Shown here: piece after piece, positions 7,865 through 14,083 of the stretch
Layout: the number at the start of each line of letters is the position of its first letter
How positions within the stretch are numbered: position 1 is the stretch's first letter
From: a virus
Strand: one strand, 5' to 3'
DNA length: 35,216 bases
Virus record (IMG/VR): IMGVR_UViG_3300033109_000080
The notes under the pieces: generated by a model
Told to the model about the DNA's origin: nothing
What the model saw: only the letters and a program-made list of their open reading frames with translations
The model's database searches: none
Position numbers and translations under genes: made by a program

Positions 7865-8043
7865 GCATCATCGAGCCTCCGCGATGCGGATGTTGCGGTG
7901 CTCCGTGGGAGCAGAAGTGCTCCTACTGCGGCCGCGATTCACGCGTGGCCGCAGTGGCCGCAGTGGAGGCGAGGCCGCCAGGCCCGCGACCGAGGCCTCT
8001 TCTCACTTCTGTTCCGGGCAGCGGCACGAGAGTGTGGAGCTGA
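7861..8043 (+). CDS. Possible CxCC..CxxC mini-protein (60 aa) in a lower-GC insert; may be non-coding
   Basis: The GTG at 7861 overlaps the previous stop. It encodes PPRCGCCGAPWEQKCSYCG. Third-position GC is poor and the region contains a tandem 9-mer, so coding status is doubtful. Confidence 0.25.
   Translation: MSIIEPPRCGCCGAPWEQKCSYCGRDSRVAAVAAVEARPPGPRPRPLLTSVPGSGTRVWS
7945..7966. repeat. Tandem 9-mer GTGGCCGCA x2.4
   Basis: Read directly: GTGGCCGCA GTGGCCGCA GTGG. Confidence 0.85.
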
Positions 8044-8045
8044 CC

Positions 8046-8366
8046 GTGAGCATCGCGGCCTGGCTGAACCAGACGATCTCCGTCGCCCAGGCGACCGGCA
8101 AGGACGCCTACGGCAAGGTGACGTACGGCGCGCCCCGCACCGTCGCCGCGCGGGTCGAGGTGCGGCGCACCGTGGTGCGTGACGGGCGCGGCGACGAGGC
8201 GGTGGCCCAGCACCGGCTCTGGACGCTCGAGGCCATCAACCTCACCGACAGGATCTGGCTCCCCGGCGCGAGCTCGGCGGTGGCGGACGCGAGCAACCTG
8301 CCCCTCACGGTGTCCTCGAGCGCCGACAAGCTGGGCTCCCGGACGCTCTACAAGGTGGAGCTGTAG
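8046..8366 (+). CDS. Head closure / head-tail joining protein (SPP1 gp16 / HK97 gp9-like)
   Basis: 106 aa starting VSIAAWLNQTISVAQATGKDAYGKVTYGAPRTVAARVE..., the typical head-closure pattern and size. An alternative GTG is at 8034. The ATG at 7884 would add an implausible Arg-rich extension. Confidence 0.65.
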   Translation: MSIAAWLNQTISVAQATGKDAYGKVTYGAPRTVAARVEVRRTVVRDGRGDEAVAQHRLWTLEAINLTDRIWLPGASSAVADASNLPLTVSSSADKLGSRTLYKVEL

Positions 8367-8750
8367 GTGGCGAACGTCCTCCTCCAGGTGAAGGGCGTCG
8401 AGGAGCTCATCCGCAAGCTCCGCTGGCACAAGCGCGCCTTCATCGGCGAGCTCGCCCAGGCGTTGCCCGAGGAGGCGAAGCGCCTCGAGGCCGCGGCGCA
8501 GCAGGGAGTGCCGCGGGCGTCCGGCCGCCTCGCGTCCTCGGTCGCCGTCGTGTCGGAGGTGCAGTCGAACGCCGTCCACGTGGCGGTGGGGTACACCGAT
8601 CCGAAGGCCGCCGCCGTGCACGAGGGCATCCACTGGCGCCGCAGGGTGAAGGACGTGCACGGCTTCAAGTGGCTCGAGCGGGCCCTCAACGCCTTCGAGC
8701 AGGGCTTCGCTGAGCGCATCGCCGCGCGGCTCCGGAGGCTCGTCGAGTGA
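8367..8750 (+). CDS. HK97 gp10-family tail-completion/neck protein
   Basis: GRLASSVAVVSEVQSNAVHVAVGYTDPKAAAVHEG matches the gp10-family core (TG.L..S........v.vg....Ya..vE.G). GTG at 8367 right after the previous stop. Confidence 0.7.
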   Translation: MANVLLQVKGVEELIRKLRWHKRAFIGELAQALPEEAKRLEAAAQQGVPRASGRLASSVAVVSEVQSNAVHVAVGYTDPKAAAVHEGIHWRRRVKDVHGFKWLERALNAFEQGFAERIAARLRRLVE

Positions 8751-9172
8751 CGATGCGGAACCCGGCAGAAGACGTCGTCGACTACCTCAACGCGAAGGTC
8801 GCGGGCAGCATCACCCTGACGAAGGGCACCAACCTCTTCATCGGGCCCATGAGATCTCAGGACGAGACGCCCTCCCCCAGCGCCTTCGCGCTCAACACCG
8901 GCGGGCCGTCGCCTCTGCCCTACCTCGGCTCAGGCCGCCAGGCGTACGTGCGCCCCACCGTGCAGGTGCTGGTGCGCGGGCCGGCCGGCGACTTCGCGGC
9001 CGGCGAGGCCATCGCCCGCGCCGTGCTCGAGCACCTCCATCAGCAGACCCTCACCGGGTACACCGCCTGCTTCGCGCGTGACTCGCACCCGGCCTGGCTC
9101 GGGCAGGACGCGGATCAGCACGATCTCTGGTCCCTCAACTTCGAGCTCCAGTACGCCATCACCCTCGGCTGA
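8747..9172 (+). CDS. Tail terminator / DUF3168-like neck protein
   Basis: GTGA overlap with the upstream gene. 141 aa, last gene before the major tail protein. The pattern (NLFIGPM...PSAFALNTGG...VQVLVRG) resembles tail-terminator proteins. Confidence 0.55.
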   Translation: MTMRNPAEDVVDYLNAKVAGSITLTKGTNLFIGPMRSQDETPSPSAFALNTGGPSPLPYLGSGRQAYVRPTVQVLVRGPAGDFAAGEAIARAVLEHLHQQTLTGYTACFARDSHPAWLGQDADQHDLWSLNFELQYAITLG

Positions 9173-9190
9173 AGCGCAGCAGCACCACGT

Positions 9191-9231
9191 GCGCGCCTCG
9201 GGCGGGCGCGCGGGGCCACCGCCGGTGCCCC
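9191..9231 (+). terminator. Two tandem GC-rich hairpins in the 165-nt spacer before the major tail gene
   Basis: GCGCGCC (9191-9197) pairs with GGCGCGC (9205-9211). GGGGCCACC (9212-9220) pairs with GGTGCCCC (9224-9231) with one bulge. A T-containing stretch, ATTCTCCTTTCGTC, follows. Confidence 0.3.
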
Positions 9232-9284
9232 TGAAGAGGCGATTCTCCTTTCGTCGCGAACCGGCGGCATTCTCCGACTGGCCC

Positions 9285-9314
9285 CGGGTGAAAGCCTCGC
9301 GGGACGGTCCGGGC
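9285..9314 (+). promoter_or_regulatory. Conserved late-module leader element, copy 2 (CGGGTGAAAGCCTCGCGGGACGGTCCGGGC)
   Basis: Identical to copy 1 at 27 of 30 aligned positions. Lies 22 nt upstream of the major tail ATG, which also has its own SD, GAGGAGGA. Confidence 0.7.
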
Positions 9315-9336
9315 GTCTCCACGAGGAGGACGCCCA

Positions 9337-9759
9337 ATGTCCGTCGCCGCCCACACGATCAAGGTCTACACAAAGGCCACCTCCGCGACGCCCGGAGCTG
9401 GTGACGAGATCGACGGCATCAACGACACCACCTACAACGAGCTCGTCGCGCTCCTCGAGACGACCGACATCAAGGACAGCTCCGGGTGGCGCACGCGGAT
9501 GGCCGGCCTGGCCGACTCGAAGGTGTCGCTGGCTGGCGACTACGAGTCGGGCGACGCGCCGCAGGCCCTCCTCCGATCGAGCAAGCGGAGCGGGGCCACC
9601 GTCTACATCACGATCCACTTCGACCCGAATGCCAGCACGGGCCTCAAGGGCGTCCAGGTGCCGATGCTGGTCGAGTCCTTCGACGTGAAGGACTCTCTCG
9701 ACGGCAAGTCCGCCTTCAGCGCGAGCCTCGCGGGCAACGGCGCCGTCGTCGACGTCTGA
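9337..9759 (+). CDS. Major tail (tube) protein, TP901-1/phi13-like
   Basis: 140 aa with a strong SD. Sits upstream of the chaperone/frameshift/tape-measure trio. The sequence pattern (DTTYNELV..LETTDIKDSSGW..SLAGDYESGD) fits this tube family. Confidence 0.78.
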   Translation: MSVAAHTIKVYTKATSATPGAGDEIDGINDTTYNELVALLETTDIKDSSGWRTRMAGLADSKVSLAGDYESGDAPQALLRSSKRSGATVYITIHFDPNASTGLKGVQVPMLVESFDVKDSLDGKSAFSASLAGNGAVVDV

Positions 9760-9769
9760 GGCCTGAGCC

Positions 9770-10459
9770 GTGCCGACGCCCAGCTACAACACCTCGTTGA
9801 AGATGGGCGGGACCTCCACCGCCTTCACCAACGAGGCGACCACGAAGCTGACGGCGAACACCGTCTACCAGGTGACCAACGCCGCCAAGCAGATCCTCGA
9901 CCCGGCCGTGGCCGTCACCGTCGAGGTGGACGCGGACGGCGGAGGCGCCGGCGGCTACGTCACCGCGGACCCGACGACGTACACCGTCGACTACTGCTTC
10001 GGCAAAGTCACGTTCGACGCCGACCAGGGCGCCTCCGCGCTCGTTCGCGTGAGCGGCAGCTACCTGCCGACGCTGGCGGTCGCCGGCGCGCGGGAGTGCG
10101 CCGTGGCCGACAAGGGCTCGCTCCAGGAGACGACCGTCTTCGGTTCGGCCTGGCGCACCCGGGCGCTGACGCTGCAGGACTTCTCGGGCAGCCTCACCAC
10201 CATCGAGCCGCTCCCGGCGGACCACGATCCCGGCGCCGGCACGAAGCGCTTCCTCGCGCTGATGCGCGCCGGGACGCCGCTGCTCCTCGAGTACCGCCCC
10301 GGCGGCGCCGGCGACTACTTCCGCGGGTGGGTCCTGCTCGAGTCGGCCGATGAGAAGGCGAGCCTCGAGCAGCTCCTGCAGGGCACCGTCAACTTCCAGG
10401 GCACCGCGCCTCAGGGCGCCGGCCAGACGGAGAGCGCGGTCTCCGGCTGGGGCACGTAA
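9770..10459 (+). CDS. Second tail-tube-like protein (N-terminal extra beta domain plus tube-like C-terminal half)
   Basis: 229 aa immediately after the major tail gene. The C-terminal half (SLQETTVFGSAWRTRALTLQDFSGSL...LLLEYRPGG...VNFQGT) mirrors tube-protein motifs. Confidence 0.5.
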   Translation: MPTPSYNTSLKMGGTSTAFTNEATTKLTANTVYQVTNAAKQILDPAVAVTVEVDADGGGAGGYVTADPTTYTVDYCFGKVTFDADQGASALVRVSGSYLPTLAVAGARECAVADKGSLQETTVFGSAWRTRALTLQDFSGSLTTIEPLPADHDPGAGTKRFLALMRAGTPLLLEYRPGGAGDYFRGWVLLESADEKASLEQLLQGTVNFQGTAPQGAGQTESAVSGWGT

Positions 10460-10488
10460 CCCACCGCCACCGAAGGGAGCAGCACAGC

Positions 10489-10872
10489 ATGAGTGCCGAG
10501 ATGAAGGAGCGGAGCTTGCGGGAACGGGCGCTGGCGTACCGCACCGAGAAGCTCGTGCTCGGGCTCGACAGGCAGCCGGCGAGCGTCGAGTTCGACGGCG
10601 CGCGCTACTACGTGCGGCCCGTCACCGTGGGACAGCGCGGGTCCATCCTCCGCGCCGCGGGCTTCGACGGCACCGGCAAGTCGCCGGTGAACCTCGCGGA
10701 GCTCCAGGTGCGGTGCATCATCGAGCTCATCGTCGACATCGACGGCCGGCCTGTGTTCGAGGCGGCCGACTACGCCGCGCTCGCCAACGCGCCCGTCGGA
10801 GGCGTGGTGGACGTCCTCTCGCCCCTGGCGACGACCCAGCTGAACGTCTCGGGAGACGTCGGAAAAAACTGA
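10489..10872 (+). CDS. Tail assembly chaperone (G-like, zero-frame product)
   Basis: 127 aa directly upstream of the tape measure. It ends ...GGA AAA AAC TGA, which carries a canonical slippery heptamer. Confidence 0.8.
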   Translation: MSAEMKERSLRERALAYRTEKLVLGLDRQPASVEFDGARYYVRPVTVGQRGSILRAAGFDGTGKSPVNLAELQVRCIIELIVDIDGRPVFEAADYAALANAPVGGVVDVLSPLATTQLNVSGDVGKN

Positions 10873-11045
10873 GGAGCGACGGCGCGAGGCTCCTCCTCTT
10901 CGCCGTCGCGCAGAAACTCGGAGGCATGACGGTGGATGAGCTGGAGCAGCGGCTCACGATGACGGAGCTGCTCGAGTGGGCGGAGGTCTTCAAGCTCGAG
11001 CGGGAGGCCCTCGACAAGGCCGCCCGCGACGCGAAGCGGAGGTAG
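10489..11045 (+). CDS. Tail assembly chaperone, -1 frameshift product (GT-like)
   Basis: Slipping on A_AAA_AAC (10863-10869) enters the frame of ORF 10350..11045 and yields ...KKLRSDGARLLLFAVAQKLGGMTVDELEQRLTMTELLEWAEVFKLEREALDKAARDAKRR, which ends 3 nt before the tape-measure start. Confidence 0.7.
10863..10869 (+). promoter_or_regulatory. Programmed -1 ribosomal frameshift slippery site A_AAA_AAC
   Basis: Read directly. It is in the correct phase (GGA AAA AAC) just before the zero-frame stop, at the conserved G/GT position. Confidence 0.75.
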
Positions 11046-11048
11046 TCC

Positions 11049-13259
11049 GTGTCGTTGAAAGTGGGGAGCCTCTTCGTCAGTCTGGACGCCCAGACGACGG
11101 GCTTCATGAAGGGCCTGGAGGAGGCCTTCAAGGGCATCGAGAAGTTCAGCCGCAACGTCAAGAAGGCGGCGAGCGAGATCGCCCAGCTCTCGACGGCGCT
11201 GACGGGTGTCGGCTTGGCCGCGCTGAAGCTGGCCGAGTCCTCGAGCGGCCCGGTGCAGGCGGCGATGGACGACATGACGAAGGCCACGAAGCAGCTCGCC
11301 ATCCCTGTCGCCGAGATGCTGGTGCCCGCGGTGAAGAGCCTCACCGAGGGCTTCCGCGAGCTCGCCCGCCACGTGTCAGGGCTGTCGCCGGAGACGAAGG
11401 CGCAGATCGCCACGTGGGCGCAGTGGGTTGCGGGCATCGGTGCCGCGGCCTTCGTGGTGAGCAAGCTCGCGGGGGTGATTTCCGGGCTCGCCGGGGTCTT
11501 CAGCGCCGTCTTCGGCGCGATCGCGGCCATTGGAGCCGGCCCGCTCGCGCTCATCCTCGTGGCGCTCGGCGGCCTCGCCGCGGCCATCGCGGCGCTCCAC
11601 TACGTCTGGCGCAAGGATGTCGGCGGCATGGCGACCGCGACGAAGGAGTTCCTCGACTGGTTCGGGCCGTCGTTCCGCGTCGTGTTCCTCGAAGTGGGTC
11701 GCAACATGCGGGTGCTCGCGTCGACCATCATCGGCAGCTTCTCGGACGTCCTGCACGCCTATGGAGTGGTCCTTCAGTACACCGGAAAGCAGGAGGCCGC
11801 CCTGAAGATCTTTGGCGCGGCGGCCCGGATTCACGCGGTGGCCACCTCCGCTCTCGATCCGCAGTTCTGGAAGGACACCGTCACCGCGGCGCTCGACCTG
11901 GGCAAGCAGGCCGCGACGGCCTTCGTCGACGAGTGGAAGCGCATCATGAAGGAGCTCGGCATCGACGAGCTGCTCCCGAAGTTCAAAGGCAAAGGCGAGC
12001 TGCCGACGGTCTTCGACCCGAACTCCATCATCGTCGGCGGCAAGGGCCCGTCGACGACGAAGATCGACACGTCGACTTTGACCGGCCTCGCCCCGGCACG
12101 GGCGCCTGAGTACGCGGTCACCGGCCATCCGAACTACGGCATCGCGCTCAACGATTACGTCCCCTTCAGCCGCATGCAGGTGCCCGACGAGCTGACCTCC
12201 GTGCTCAGCCGCCACGCGCAGCGGACGAGCTCTCGCCTCGACGTCAACACCGCCGGCATCGGCCAGGCCATCGAGCAGCTCACCTCGAGGCTGGGCGAGC
12301 TCGGCTCCGTGGTGAGCGCGACGGTGCAGGGCTTCCGGTCGGGCGGTCTCGCCGGCGGCCTCGCTGCCCTCCTCGGCGAGTTGCTGTTGCGCTCGAGCGG
12401 CTTCGCGCGACTCGTCGACCAGGCGAACGGTGTGGTGATGCAGCTCGTCTCAGCCGTCGAGCCGATGATGGGGGCGATTCTCCCGGGCCTCCAGAAGTTG
12501 CTCGCTGCGGTGACGGGCCTTGTCTCTTCGGCGCTCGAGCCGCTCCAGCCCGTCTTCGAGCTGCTCGGCTCCGTGCTCGAGTCGCTCGCGCCTCTCTTCC
12601 TGCTCCTCGGCACCTACCTGCGCGCCCTCGCGCCGATCATCACCCTGGTCATCCGGGTGGCGATGATCCCGATGATGGCGCTCAAGCCCCTCATCGAGGG
12701 GCTCTTCGTCGTGCTGCGGCCCATCCTGCAGGGGCTCACCTGGTTCGTCGGCATGATCGCCGACATCTGGAACTCCATCATCGGCGCGCTCGCGGGGGCC
12801 GTGACGGAGATCATCAAGGCCATCACCGTGGGCGTGGTCACCAACGGCGGTGACTTCCTCCTCGGCCTGCAGGTCGACGCGGCGGCCATCCACAAGGCGA
12901 ACTCCGACCTCGCGGCGATGACGCTCGACTCGGCGAACGCCACTCTCAAGGACACGGCGGTGACGCAGGAGCACGCCGGCGCCACCGAGCGCGCGACGGC
13001 CGCCGTGCGGAAGTTCGTCGAGGAGCTCACCAACGCCCCGTCCGGGTTCAAGCGGGCGATGTACGCCTTCGCCGCGGACAACGGTGTCGACGAGGCCTCC
13101 ATCGCCGCGATGATGGCCTCGGTCGAGCGCCGGCAGGCCGTCGCTGCGACGGGCAACCCCGCTGGCACCGGCCGCGGAACGACCGGCCCATACACGGGCA
13201 CGGGAGGCAGCGGCGCTGCCAGCCACGGCAAGGGCCGAGAACGCGATCCGGGACACTGA
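11049..13259 (+). CDS. Tape measure protein (736 aa)
   Basis: Largest helical, Ala/Gly/Leu-rich ORF, placed right after the frameshifted chaperone. Contains several hydrophobic helices. Confidence 0.9.
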   Translation: MSLKVGSLFVSLDAQTTGFMKGLEEAFKGIEKFSRNVKKAASEIAQLSTALTGVGLAALKLAESSSGPVQAAMDDMTKATKQLAIPVAEMLVPAVKSLTEGFRELARHVSGLSPETKAQIATWAQWVAGIGAAAFVVSKLAGVISGLAGVFSAVFGAIAAIGAGPLALILVALGGLAAAIAALHYVWRKDVGGMATATKEFLDWFGPSFRVVFLEVGRNMRVLASTIIGSFSDVLHAYGVVLQYTGKQEAALKIFGAAARIHAVATSALDPQFWKDTVTAALDLGKQAATAFVDEWKRIMKELGIDELLPKFKGKGELPTVFDPNSIIVGGKGPSTTKIDTSTLTGLAPARAPEYAVTGHPNYGIALNDYVPFSRMQVPDELTSVLSRHAQRTSSRLDVNTAGIGQAIEQLTSRLGELGSVVSATVQGFRSGGLAGGLAALLGELLLRSSGFARLVDQANGVVMQLVSAVEPMMGAILPGLQKLLAAVTGLVSSALEPLQPVFELLGSVLESLAPLFLLLGTYLRALAPIITLVIRVAMIPMMALKPLIEGLFVVLRPILQGLTWFVGMIADIWNSIIGALAGAVTEIIKAITVGVVTNGGDFLLGLQVDAAAIHKANSDLAAMTLDSANATLKDTAVTQEHAGATERATAAVRKFVEELTNAPSGFKRAMYAFAADNGVDEASIAAMMASVERRQAVAATGNPAGTGRGTTGPYTGTGGSGAASHGKGRERDPGH

Positions 13260-13262
13260 GGC

Positions 13263-14081
13263 ATGACGGCCTTCCTGCGCATCAACGGCATCACCGCCTC
13301 CGTCGCCGACGGGTCCGCGAAGCGCGGCCGCAAGCCCATCGGCGAAGTGGGCGAGGCTGTCTCCGGCGCGGGCTACAAGGACGTGCGGACCTACAAGGGC
13401 CGCTGGTCCGGGGCGCTGGTGCTCGCGGCGGCCGCCGATGCGTTGGCCTGGGAGCGGCTCCTTTGCGGGGACCACGACACCTGGAGCTTCGAGGGGACCG
13501 CGGGCGTCTACAGCGCGAAGGGCGTGCCGCTGGTCCTGGGCGGCTCCGTGGCGCTGTCGAGCGCGCAGTACCGCTTCGGCTCGTGGTCCGTGGCGATTCC
13601 GTCGACGAAGACGGTGGAGATCGACTACGGCACCCAGCCGCCCTGGTGGGACCCGTCGGTGTCGCCGTGGACCGTGGGGTGGTGGCAGCGCGAGGGGAGC
13701 ACCTGGTTCCACTACCTCGAGTGCAGCGACGGCACCCGCTACCGGAACGGCGCGAGCTCGGGGCACACGGCTTTCTGGACGAGCTCGAGCCCGAAGCTGA
13801 GCTACATGCAGTCCTCGGGCGGCACCTACTACCTCGATGATCTGGTCGTGCTGCCCTTCGTCGTGCCCGTCACGTGGCCGGCCGAGATGTACGCCTTCGC
13901 GGCCGCGCTGCCCGACGCCCCGCGGCTCAGGGCAGATGGGCTCTTGATCGACAACAACCGCGCCGGGGGAGCCACCGTCTTCGGTGGCGTCGATGGTGAG
14001 GCGCCGCTCGTCCAGGCGCACATCGGCGGGGCCCTCGTGGCGAACGCGCAGCAGCTCGGCTTCCAGCTCGCGGAGACCTGA
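13263..14081 (+). CDS. Minor tail protein, distal-tail-protein position
   Basis: 272 aa directly after the tape measure. No motif recognised; the call is positional. Confidence 0.45.
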   Translation: MTAFLRINGITASVADGSAKRGRKPIGEVGEAVSGAGYKDVRTYKGRWSGALVLAAAADALAWERLLCGDHDTWSFEGTAGVYSAKGVPLVLGGSVALSSAQYRFGSWSVAIPSTKTVEIDYGTQPPWWDPSVSPWTVGWWQREGSTWFHYLECSDGTRYRNGASSGHTAFWTSSSPKLSYMQSSGGTYYLDDLVVLPFVVPVTWPAEMYAFAAALPDAPRLRADGLLIDNNRAGGATVFGGVDGEAPLVQAHIGGALVANAQQLGFQLAET

Positions 14082-14083
14082 TC

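Noticed and set aside
7884-8045. The ATG at 7884 as the start of the head-closure protein (160-aa version from the ORF track).
   Set aside because: The added 54 residues are Arg/Ser/Gly-rich and unlike head-closure proteins, which are about 100-110 aa and begin near the LNQ-type motif found after the GTG at 8046. Kept only as an alternative.
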